Both the position numbers and the translations under genes were made by a program. Under the pieces are notes generated by a model. It made no database searches. It saw only the letters and a list, made by a program, of their open reading frames with translations, and was not told the origin of the DNA. From Eledone cirrhosa (taxonomy: Eukaryota), in assembly GCA_964016885.1 (NCBI GenBank), contig OZ024748.1:62001-126000 (forward strand): DNA of 64,000 bases, written 5' to 3'. Position 1 is the stretch's first letter; the number at the start of each line of letters is the position of its first letter. Positions 51,024-62,320 of this stretch are shown in pieces.

Positions 51024-52615
51024 CGATAGAGGGACCAGCTATTCACAAAGACGAATATAGGGTTAGGGCATCAAAAGTAGCTACTAAACTGGTTGCACGC
51101 ATCGTCAATCAAGTTATATATATGGCTGAGTCATACCCAAAGACTGGTGCAGCAGTATTCTTATAAATTGCGACAAAGGTAGAAAGGGATGCTCTGGAAA
51201 TGAGCAATTATAGGGGCATCAAACTGATGGATCCGGTTATGAAAGTGACAGAAAGAATACTATTGCAACTAATTAGAGAAAGGGCCAAACTAAATGAGAT
51301 GCAGTTTGGTTTTATGCCTGGGAAAAGTACAACAGATGCCCTCTTCTTAGTGATACAACTACAAGAGAGGTTCTTAGAGAAGAATAAGCCACTATACTTA
51401 GCTTTTGATGACTTAGAGGAGGTCTTTGATAGTGTACCACGATCTGTCATCTGGTGGTCTCTAAGGAAAATAGGTGTAGAGGAATGGCTTGTGAGGACAG
51501 TGCAAGCTAAGTACAGAGGTTCTGTCAGTAAAGTGAGAGAAGTAATGGAGTTTAATGAGGAATTCCAGATACAAGTAGGAGTGCATCAGGGCTCTGTCCT
51601 CAGCCCGATCTTGTTCATTATAATTCTCCAAGCCATAACACGAGTTTAAGACTGACTGCCCATGGGAACTTCTCTAGGCTGACGATCTGGTACTTATAGC
51701 AGATTCAGTAGAGGAACTAGAGAAGAAATTCTGTCTATGGAAAAATCAGTTGGAATCAAGAGGACTGAGAGTGAACCTAGCTAAGACAAAAGTATTGATA
51801 AGTAGAGAAGAGGACAAAACTCTGATTCCATCAGGGAAATGGTCATGTTCAATATGTAGAAAAGGAGTTGGGATAAATTCTATAAAATGTACACAATGCA
51901 GATCCTGGGTACACAAGAGATGTAGTGGGATAGCAGGCAAACTAACAAGTAGAGAGAAATACGTATGCAGTAGTTGTACAGAACTTGACAGTAGAAGACG
52001 CAGTGATAGACACATTTACCACATGAAGGTGGGTTCTAAAGAAGTGGGTGATAGCTTCCGCTACCTAGGTGATCTGATTAGAATGGGAGGGGTGTTCCGA
52101 GACCATAATATCTAGAATAAGGACAGGTCGGAAGAAATTTAGGGAGCTGCTTCCTCTGTTGACAAAGAAGGATTTCTCCCTGCGTACGAAAGGATGGTTA
52201 TATGATGACTGTGTGAGATGCGCGATGCTGCATGATAGTGAGACTTGGGCAGCAACTGCAGAGGATATGCGATGGCTGGAGAGAAATGAACGACTAGGCA
52301 TGGAGGACTTCAGGGAGAAACTGTTTAACTGGGATAAGTTGTAGTGTGCAGGAGAGAAGACTATGTTGGTATAGACATGTGATGCGCATGGAGGATGACA
52401 CCTAGGTAAAGAAGTGCCAAGAAATCCCAGTAGAAGGACAACGCAGTAGAGGAAGACCACGAAAAATACGGGCGGAGCTGGTGTGAGCAGACCTCAAATC
52501 TCTAAAGCTCAATGAGGAGATGACGAAGGACCGTGACAAGTGGAGAGATACTGTGCTCAATAGGTTCGTCCCACCCTTGCAAGCAAGGAAAAGCGGACGT
52601 AAAGTGATGAAGATA
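51024..52615 (+). mobile_element. 5'-truncated RTE LINE (RT, PHD finger, 3' tail), decayed
   Basis: NYRGIKLMD, GVHQGSVLSPILF, ELL*ADDL (Y of YADD mutated to stop), CSIC..CTQC..HKRC..CSSC, tail at 52569-52612. Confidence 0.93.
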
Positions 52616-53554
52616 AGACTTGTTGAAATTTAAACATCAACTAGGTAGATATGTATGCATGTGTGTGCAGCTATCCATCTATTTGTGTGTGCTTGTGTTC
52701 CTTTTCACTTATGTGTGCATCTGTATATGCTTAGTATTTAGATGCACATCATCTCCAATGTTTCAAATATTTTTTATCATACTTACATCGATTATACTTC
52801 GAATTACAAATATAGTCGTCTTCTTTCTATTTCTCTAAAGCAAAGCTTCACAACTAATATGAACGTATAGTCAGGGTCGACCATGTGCAAATGTTTCCTT
52901 ATTTCTGCATAGAGAGTAATATAGATAAACAAATTATATTATCTTCACCAACAAACGCTATATTGTCTCTCACTTTCAAGGATACGCTTTTGCAATAAAA
53001 CAACAGGAAATAAAGACAACCTATCTGATTCCCTAATATATAATATTATATTGGTATCTGCTTGGCAGCGAACTCCAACTGCTGGGCGTCGTCTGTTATG
53101 CTTCCGATTCATTGCTTTTCACCGGAACAATCCACAACTACTCTTTCTATGTCTTAAAACGTTTGCTGTAACTCCCAATGTTTACTCTCGGGGATGACCT
53201 TTCTAGGGATTGCATTCTTCACACTTTTCGCCACATCTTTCCACAGCTTCTTCACATCGGTCACATCTTCAATGTTCAATCTGCACAATTTCCACTTCTT
53301 TTCACATCTAGGTCTTTTGTGTACATCCCTATCTATTCTGTGACTCAGTTAGTCTTAGTTTCAAGTTCTTATATTGTAAAATAATCTTTCAACATGGGAG
53401 ACAATATAGCACTTGTTGCTGAAGATAGACTTTTATCCTCTATATTATTCTCACTCTCCAGCTTCCAGGTAACATATCCATGCATAATATTTGTGTGTGT
53501 GTGTCGTAATTTGTCTATATTTGAGAAAAGGATAATGATAAAAAGATATATACA

Positions 53555-53860
53555 GGGAGGAGGAGAGTGACTTGGTGGTGGAACAATATGGTAGATGAGG
53601 CAGTTAAGGTTAAGCGACAGGCATGGAAAGAATGGAAGAACAGGGCACATTACATAGAGACCAGGAGGGAAGCTAGGCGACAAGTATACTTAGCTAGAAG
53701 GGAGGTAGAGGATAGGAAATTCAAGCATGTTTTGCAACACGAGGAACAGAAACAGGAGGTGTTCCAGATTACGAGGCAGTGTGTCAGAGAGAATTGTGAT
53801 GTCATTGGAGAGAAGTGTTTCCAGAATGATAAAGGTGAGCTTGCATTCACAAGTGCCCTA
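53555..53860 (+). mobile_element. RTE LINE linker fragment
   Basis: TWWWNNMVDEAVKVKRQAWKEW...REARRQVYLARRE...DVIGEKC. Confidence 0.85.
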
Positions 53861-53884
53861 TCCATATAGGAGGTAGCAGAGCGG

Positions 53885-55345
53885 AAGCCAAACAACATAG
53901 GCCAGTCTCCCTGACGTCACATATCAGTAAGGTCATGGAGCGAATCGTCAGAAAGAAACTGATCACTTTCCTCGAGGAAAATGACTGCCTGACTAACACA
54001 CAGCATGGCTTTCACCCAGGAAGAAGCTGCCTTACACAGCTGCTACATCATTAAGACTGGGTACTGAAACAACTGCTTGACAGCTCACATGTGGACATGA
54101 TATATCTGGACTTTGCGAAGGCCTTTGACAAAGTCGACCACGGAATGATATGTCACAAACTACACGGACTCACCATAACTAGAAAAGTAGGTGAGTGGCT
54201 GCACGACTTCTTAAAGGAAAGAAGCCAGACAGTCGCAGCAAACGGGGGCCCTCTCAAAGGAATTATCAATAACAAGTGGGGTTCCCCAAGGCACAGTCCT
54301 GGGACCACTACTGTTTTTGGTGGCTCTCTCAGACATACCCTCTGTAGTACATACAACAACATCCCTCACTAGCTATGCTGATGACACTAAGGTAGCACAG
54401 GAAATCAAAAACCCGGCTGACTCTGCCCTTTTACAACAAGGGCTGTATGCCATATACAAATGGGCAGAAGACAACAACATGCAGTTTAATGCTGGCAAAT
54501 TCCAAGTGCTACGCAATTCCTGCAAACACAAATACAGTACAACACAGTTACACCGGACCAGGAGGGACCGATATGACCGATATCCCTGGGTAAAAATCGA
54601 TATGAGACTTGGGTATAGACATGAGCGATGATGCATCTTTTTCCTCTCACATCATGAAAGTGGCGACAATGTGCAGACGACTCGCTGGCTGGATCTTGAA
54701 GACTTTCCGGACAAGAGACCGAGACACCATGTTGACACTATGGAGGACATTTGTCCTAAGCCGCCTGGACTATTGCTCCCAGTTGTGGTCACCCCATAGT
54801 GTCAAACTAACCACGGAGCTTGAGGCAATCCAGCGAAGCTACACCAAGAAGATTGTGACTATGAAGGAGATAAGCTACTGGGCGAGGCTAAAAGAACTGA
54901 ACCTCTACTCCTTGGAATGAAGACGGGAGAGATACGCAGTGATCTACATGTGGAAAATCCTGGAGGGACTAGCACCAAACTTTGGCATTGGCAGCTGGAC
55001 CAACTGCCGAACAGGACGTCATTGTGTGGTGCCAAAGATCCCGTCTTCCATATCTAGAATAAGGAGCAGATATTGCAAAAGTCTGGGGTTCAAGGACCCT
55101 CAACTCTTCAACAAGCTGCCAAGGGATCTGAGAGATCTGCATGGTGTGGATGTCTTCAAGAAACATGTCGACACCTTGCTATACAAGATCCTAGATGAGC
55201 CCACAGCAAGGCACGAGGGAAACCTAAGGGCAGCAGCAATGAACTCCCTGTTGCACCAGTGGTCAACCAATACAGGCTGGAGATTAAATGTGTAGCAACA
55301 AGGGCGGTGCCCCAGCATAGCCTCAGCCGGATGGCTGGAACAGGT
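53885..55345 (+). mobile_element. CR1-type LINE, 5'-truncated and decayed (RT and C-terminus)
   Basis: RPVSLTSHISKVMERIV, QHGF, YLDFAKAFDKVDH, GVPQGTVLGPLLF, YADDTK, SRLDYCSQLWSP and LKELNLYSLE*RRER. Confidence 0.92.
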
Positions 55346-55365
55346 AAAAAGAGTATATATATACA

Positions 55366-55401
<36 letters not shown>

Positions 55402-55403
<2 letters not shown>

Positions 55404-55773
55404 AAGTGTTAAAACGATCAAATTTTAGTTTAGAACATTTATTTGCTGACAATTGTTTCTTCCAGAAACATGTTACTAAAATCCTATCATTCAGAACATT
55501 TAAGATACATAATTGTTATTAGTGTCAAAGGCATCATGTGGAGAATCAGGAGTTAAAAAGATGTTCTGCTTGAAAGAACACAATTACAGGCAGCACTGGT
55601 TGGAAGTGTAATAGGTATAAGTAAAAAGCACAAGCAAAAAAATCACAGGCATAAAAGTTATAAGCAATGTTTCAACATTCCTTATGCTCCGATGATTCCA
55701 GACTTCCCTCTGGAAGAAACAATTGTCAGCAAATAAATGTTCTAAAGTAAAATTTGATCATTTTAACACTTTG
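55402..55773 (+). mobile_element. Short element with 65-bp inverted termini whose right arm overlaps a hammerhead ribozyme (Penelope-like remnant)
   Basis: 55402-55466 is the reverse complement of 55709-55773 with 2 mismatches; TA on both flanks. Confidence 0.75.
55685..55731 (+). ncRNA. Minimal type I hammerhead ribozyme (Penelope-type)
   Basis: tgct-CCGATGA-ttccaga(cttccc)tctggaa-GAAA-caattg-TC^agca, followed by AATAAA. Perfect 7-bp stem II, palindromic stem III, U4C core variant. Confidence 0.8.
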
Positions 55774-56196
55774 TATCTCGGTTCTGTAAAACACTTGAAA
55801 ACTTGCATTGAGCCTTTTGTCATACCGGTAACCTTCCAGATCATTATATGGAAGGTCATCTTCAGGGCTAAGAGAAAGAAAATACAGCGATCTGAAGAAA
55901 GTGAAGAAGTTTGGCATGCCCGTCTAGCTGCTAACAGAGCCCAAACAGCTTTACCAAGAGCACACAGTTTGGATGAAAGGGAACAAAGGACTACTGCTAC
56001 TCGAGAACAACAAATTAAGGAACAACAGCAAATCAGACGAAATGCTAATCAAGCACATCGTTTTACTGCCTGAGCAGGAGAACAAGCCACAAGTAGAATA
56101 AACTGGCTGATGGGGGCTTTTTCTGATGGGGTTATGTTAGCCATCCGAAACAAAGAGGAGCCCTTGCATTCTCGTCCATGAGGTGAATTTGTCTTT

Positions 56197-56924
56197 ATGT
56201 ATGTGTACGTATGTGTATGTATGTATATGCATGTATGTGTATGTATGTATGTATATGCATGTATGTATATGCATGTATGTATATGCATGTATGTGTATGT
56301 ATGTATGTATGTGTATGTATGTATGTATATGTATATATGTATGTGTATATATGTGTATATGTATATGTATGTATGTATATATGTGTGTATGTATGTATGT
56401 GTGTATGTATGTATGTGTGTATGTATGTATATGTGTGTATGTATGTATATGTGTGTATGTATGTATATATATATGTGTGTATGTATGTATATATATATGT
56501 GTGTGTATGTAAATATGTATGTGTGTATGTATATATGTATGTGTGTGTATATATGTATGTGTATATATATATGTATGTGTATATATATATGTATGTGTAT
56601 ATATATATGTATGTGTATATATATATGTATGTGTATATATGTATGTATGTGTATATATGTATGTATGTGTATATATGTATGTATGTGTATATATGTATGT
56701 ATGTGTATATATGTGTGTGTGTGTATGTATGTGTGTGTGTGTATGTATGTATGTATATGTATGTATGTATATGTATATATACTTGTGTATATGCTTATGT
56801 ATGCGTATGTATGTATATGTATATATATATGTATGTATGTATATGTATGTATATGTGTATGTATATGTGTATGTATGTATGTATGTGTGTGTATGTATGT
56901 ATGTATGTGTATGTATATGTATAT
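56197..56924. repeat. (TATG/TA/TG)n compound microsatellite
   Basis: Read directly. Confidence 0.95.
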
Positions 56925-57276
56925 GGAGGCACATGGCTTAGTGGTTAGAGCATTGGCCTGGCAATCGAAAGGTTGTGAGTTCAATTCTCAGACCGGGTGA
57001 TGTGTTGGTTCCTTGAGCAAAACACTTTATTTCACATTGCTCCAGTTTACTCAGCTGTAGAAATGAGATGATAGGGACTAGGGTCCATATCATTCCACTG
57101 CAAAGTGGTCGTGGAGGTGCCACGGCAAAAAAGCACCCAGCACTCACTGTAAATGAGGTTGGTGTTAGGAAGGGCATCCAGCTGTAGAAATCAAGCCAGA
57201 ATCAGTTCCCGTCCCACCCTTGCAAGCAGGGAAAAAGCGGACTTAAAACGAAATGATGATGATGATGATGATGATG
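56925..57276 (+). mobile_element. tRNA-derived SINE with RTE-type 3' tail
   Basis: A box TGGCTTAGTGG, B box GAGTTCAATTC, (GAT)n tail. Confidence 0.92.
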
Positions 57277-57325
57277 TATGTATGTATGTGTATATGTATG
57301 TATGTATGTATATGTATGTATGTGT

Positions 57326-57462
57326 ATGAGATGCAGCTTGGTTTTGTGCCGCTGAAAAGTGCAACAGATGCCCTCTTCTTAGTGAGACAACTACAAAAGA
57401 GGTTCTTAGAGAAAAATAAGCCACTATACTTAGCTTTGGACATAGAGAAGGCTTTTGATAGA
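57326..57462 (+). mobile_element. Small RTE RT fragment
   Basis: EMQLGFVPLKSATDALFLVRQLQKRFLEKNKPLYLALDIEKAFDR. Confidence 0.85.
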
Positions 57463-57529
57463 GAACTCTTATAAATGACAACATATATATACGTGTGTGT
57501 ATATATATGTTTTTTTTAAAACTATATAT

Positions 57530-57850
57530 TTATTACTCCCTTAAGCAGAAGAAATATATTCCCAGATATCGAAGATTACCACAATAACTAGGGAGCGGAA
57601 GTCAAAAGATGCTGGACATTGCTGCTGAGGGTAGGATGACCTGATGAGCTGGCTCCTGTGGTGGATACCTAAACATAGTAAGACCCAAGTGGGATGACTG
57701 AGGTTCACCTACATACATCAGATGTCTCTGGATCTCCAGCTAGAGATTAATGATCTCAGGAATACCATGAAAAATCGTGACATCTAAAAAAGAAGAGTAG
57801 AATTGTTCTGGCCAATCCACCTGACCTAATAAACAATAATAATATTAATA
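57530..57850 (+). mobile_element. Decayed 3' end of another RTE/RTE-X-like LINE with (TAA)n tail
   Basis: Conceptual translation RER...AGHC...LLWWIPKH...VG..RFTYI...DLRNTMKNRD resembles an RTE-group C-terminus. Confidence 0.55.
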
Positions 57851-57919
57851 TATATTGATGAAAATTAATTATGGTGAAATATCTTAGAAATCATTCTCAG
57901 AGGTTTTGTATTGTAATCC

Positions 57920-59895
57920 ACACTTGCTCATTGTGGCTTCTGATGCAGACATCATGTCCGCCATCAGGTCCTTCCCAGCTAGCAGCTGCGGAGATGTTGA
58001 TGGTCTCTGACCAGGCCTCCTCAAGGAGTTGATATCTCCCCTCTCCGCTGAGGCCGGGCGCCGCCTTCTGAGTGCAATTGTGGCGCTCACCAATAGGCTC
58101 ATCCATGGCGCCCTGGACTCTTATGCTCGAGGCCTCTTTTTTTCGGCCAGCCTCACCGCTCTCAGGAAGAAAGAGGATGGCATACGCCCCATTGCTGTGG
58201 GCAATGTCTTCCGGAGGCTGGCTGCCAAGGTAATCTGCAAGTCCGTAACACTCGGAACCGGCATCCAGGGCCTCCAGCCACCTCATTGTCAAGTTTGACA
58301 TGAGGAATGCCTTCAACTCTTTACGCTGGGATCATCTGCTCGAGGCCTGCCTCAGCCGAGCCCCCTCTGCCTACCTGTCATATGGAGCCCCAAGCATGCG
58401 CCATGCTGCTGATACGGTCATACCCTTGGCTACTGGGATCCAACAGGGCAACCCTTTGGGACCCCTCCTGTTCACCCTTGGTATTGACCACATCGCCTGG
58501 AGTATAACGGCCCCTCTCAACGTTTGGTATCTGGATGATGCTACTTTGGGTGGGCCCGTACAGGCGGTCTGCCATGACCTTCAATCGGTGGTTCCTGCCC
58601 TGGCGGGAATCGACCTCCAGGTCAACTCAGCCAAGTCGGAGGTGGTGAATGTCAGCCTCGATGCTGCAAGCTTTGCAGTCTCCGTCTTGGACGTGCGGTC
58701 CATTCTCCGCCAGGTTCAGGTGACCCCCCAAAGAGGATGCCCTCACCGATCCACCCGCCGGCCATCCGCTCCTCCATCAAGTCCAGACTCTCACGAGCCG
58801 ACTGGGCTTGATTGATGGCCACCCAGTTCTCTTTCTGCTGAGGAAATGCTACGCCATGCCGAAGCTCCTCTATACACTCTGTGCTACACCTAAACTTGTA
58901 TCCGAGCAGCAGCCGATGAGATATGCAACTTTACCTGTCAGGTATGGCGGCCTTCGCCTCCAGTCCCCGATCTCACTAGCTTTGCCGGCATATCTTTCGT
59001 CGGTAACCTCGTACCACGTCCTCCTCAGCAGGGTTCTTCAAAACACAACAGAACCCTCTGTGTTCAGAGAACGCGTCGCCGCCTGTGAGACGTGGGACCG
59101 GCTGGGACTTAGCCCAGTAGACGTTCCTCCTCCTTCTCCCCCTGTTGACGTCAAGTCCCCCCCAACACACTTGGGATGCCATCCAGTGCAGCCTGGCCTC
59201 AGACAGGCTCACGTGCCAGCTCGACCAGCACCGCCTTGTTTGTTTTCGTGCAGCCTCCAAACCCCACAGTGGGGCCTGGCTCCATGCCCTGCCCTCCTTC
59301 TCCACTCGCACGCAGCTAGACAACAATAGCTTGCGCATCGGCGTTTCCCTGAGGCTCGGCCTCACACCAATGTCGCTGCCGTTCCACCATGGACTCTTTC
59401 GGCCTCCACCCGCAATCCACGCCATGCTGCCCTCAACGAAGTCATTAAGCATGGCTTGGACGCTGCAGGCTTCCCTTCCCAGCTCGAGGGGACGGCAAAA
59501 GGCTAGATGGCATGACCATCTTCCCGTTCCGCGGTGGCAAACCCCTCGTCTGGGATGCCACTTGCACCGACACTTTCTGCAGCCGCAACCTGGTGCAGTC
59601 TGCGACTGGCCCAGGTTCTGCTGCACGTCAGGCTGAGGGGGCCAAACTCCTCACATATCGTTCACTCTCCGACAGGTTTGCGGTCGTACCCCTGGAAGTG
59701 GAGACTTCTGGTGTCCTCGGCCCCAGGACTACCTCCTTACTCACCACCATAGGCGCTGAGCTGGCCAGTCGCAGGTGTGAGCCCCGCGAGTTGGAGTGGC
59801 TTTTCCAGCGCGTCTCCCTTGCCGTGCTCCGGGGAAACGCCTTCTCCATTCTGTCCGCCGGGGCTGTGGGTGGGCCCCATCGCGTACCGTTATGA
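57920..59895 (+). mobile_element. CRE-type non-LTR retrotransposon remnant (RT plus restriction-like endonuclease)
   Basis: GIRPIAVGNVFRRLAAK, DMRNAFNS, GIQQGNPLGPLLF, WYLDD, ATLPVRYGGL, SGAWLHALP, DGMTIFPFRGGKPLVWDATCTDT, VETSGVLG and FQRVSLAVLRGNA; multiple frameshifts. Confidence 0.88.
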
Positions 59896-61050
59896 ATGTA
59901 TACAAAACAACTAAATCTCTTAAATAACTTCACTTATATCCAAAACATGATTTGTATATACATCAACAGTGACTCATTATTATACGCCAGTCACGACCCC
60001 ACTGCAAAAACGATATCTATATAACAACCCCACCGTAAAACTACTCTTCCCCACTTTACAAACACTTTATATTATTTGTCATTAAGGTTTCTTAAAATAA
60101 ATATATATACGTATGTGTAGTAATTAGTACGGAGACTGAGAGAGAAGGGGCGAGTGTGTCTTCATGGAGGGCACATGGGACCAGCAAAGTCCTAAAAGTA
60201 GAGACCAGTAAATGAGATAAGGTCCTAGCTATGTTAAGAATATAAATAAGAAACATGTTCTATACATTTAAGAAGACAAGAGAAACATGTTCTAAACATT
60301 TAAGAAATAATTATTTACCTCTTTCATGTCGGTAATATAGCGGTGTTATAAAACTAATTATAACGACCGGTGTTAAAATAGAGAGAGATAGACAGATAAA
60401 TGTGTGTCACACTCTCACCCTCTCTTTAAATCTTTTACACTATCTAACTCGTACTTCTCACACTCTCTTTAAATCTTTTACTCTATCTACCTCTCATTTC
60501 TATCTGTGTATGTATGTATGTATCTGTCTATGTGTAACTCGGTGTACTGGAGCAATATGAAGTGAAGTGTCTTGCTCAAGAAGACATTTTGTGGAGTTAT
60601 ATCATCGTTTCTTGTTATAAAGCTACTTATACTACCGGCGTAACAGTGGCTATAGGTGATAGATGTAGAAATAAAAGGCTGTAACAGCGATATAAATATA
60701 GATGAAATAGTTTACCACGAGACTAAGAATGAATGTTTAATGGAATTAAGTGTAATCTAATAGGAAATAAGAGGCTAGAGCAGCGAAATGTTTACGTAAA
60801 ATAAAAGAACAACAAACAAGAGTGCAACATTGAAATTTTTTTTTTTTTTTTTGTCGATATAAGCGTTATTTTATGCGCGATTTGCCTTGCTGCCGGCGCT
60901 GCTCAGTCAGTAGCAGCCCCGCTTACGAAGTTCAGGAGCCAACGACTTTACATGGTTCGAATCTCACCCTCTCCGCTCTTGTCGAGTTATCTCCTACTCT
61001 TTTTACTTAGTTCCAGGTCATTAAAATAGAGCAAAGAGGGCGCTGCGATC

Positions 61051-61227
61051 GGCATATGCACTGGCTACAATGTTGAACTTTGGTACTGACTGCGTAGTTG
61101 AACGTTCCACATACCAACCGCCCAACTGGCCAGTCAACCGCATATGCGGCTGGCTGGCCGGTTGGGTAGTTGGCATATGTACTGGCTACCATGCTGAACA
61201 TTGTACTGACTGTCAAGTTGAACGTTC
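61051..61227. repeat. ~60-bp palindrome flanked by ~56-bp direct repeats
   Basis: Palindrome at 61114-61173 centred on catatg; direct repeats at 61051-61107 and 61172-61227. Confidence 0.8.
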
Positions 61228-61774
61228 TAACCCTCTCTTTACATCTATTACTCTATCTACCGCTTATTTCTCCCCCTCTCTTTACTTCTATAACTCTATC
61301 TCCCACTCTCTTTACATCTATTACAGTGTCTCCCTGTATATATACACGTATATATGCACTAGATTTTATAAGAAATCTACGTAATAATATAATTAACAAT
61401 AGTTGATGAATTAGACCAGAGTTAATTAAACAATAAATATGAATGAAATAGCAGTAGATGGCGAAACTTGAGTGTTGTGTGTGCATACATATATATGAGG
61501 TAAACTGGTTCAAATACTGTCAGGATTATATTGGATCAAAGACTGTATTAAATAGAAAGTAAAAAATGAAGTGAAAATATAAAAACAAACTGAAAATTTC
61601 CCCATCCCTAGAAAAATTCATATCTTGTTATATATAGATAATTGGCGCTTTAAATTGAATAAATATTCATTTATATATATATATATATGTATATATATAT
61701 GTACACTGATATATATGTGTGTATATATATACTAATATATATATATATATATATATATAAATATATATATCAAC

Positions 61775-62320
61775 TTCATCATACGTCCGCTTTTCCATGC
61801 TTGCAAGGGTGGGGTGGGAGCTGATTCTGGATTGGTTTCTACAGCTGGGTGCCCTTCCTGACGCCAACCCCGTTTGCAGTGAGTGCTGGGTTCTTTTTTT
61901 TTTCCGTGGCACCTCCACGTCAGCTTTACAGTGTGGGCTGGGTGCTTTTTGGCCGCGGCGCCTCCACGACCACTTTGCGGTGGGGCGGTGGGGTGGTATG
62001 TGTATACCCAGCCCATTGTCATTTGCCACACAGAAAAGCGTATAGCATCGTTCTTTACCCACGATGAATCTAGCAGACCCACCCCTCCACCCTTCTCTTG
62101 AATACAACAAACATCGTCCTCCTTACGTTCAAGCATTTCTACAACCTCGTTAGAGCCACCCTATAAGGTGCCTACATTAATGGTACCAACTCTGAAGTTT
62201 TGGATTGCGTTTGGAGGTTGGGAGCGGTGGGGAGCGGGGATGGGGTTAGGGTTAGCCATCCGCGGCCGAAACAAAGAGGAGGAGCCCTTGCATTCTCGTC
62301 CATGAGGTGGATTTGTCTTT
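61775..62320 (-). mobile_element. RTE 5' region/endonuclease start joined to a SINE-type 3' half
   Basis: 62007-62320 matches ~44725-45040; 61775-61990 is the reverse complement of the SINE body and tail. Confidence 0.75.

Noticed and set aside
55870-56090. E/R/Q-rich peptide resembling Helitron N-terminal repeats
   Set aside because: Compositional resemblance only; no Rep or helicase motifs nearby.
57641-57700. CTGATGAG hammerhead core
   Set aside because: No stem II/GAAA arrangement; lies within a decayed LINE C-terminus.
60940-60985. tRNA-like B box ggttcgaatc
   Set aside because: No A box at a suitable distance and no cloverleaf.
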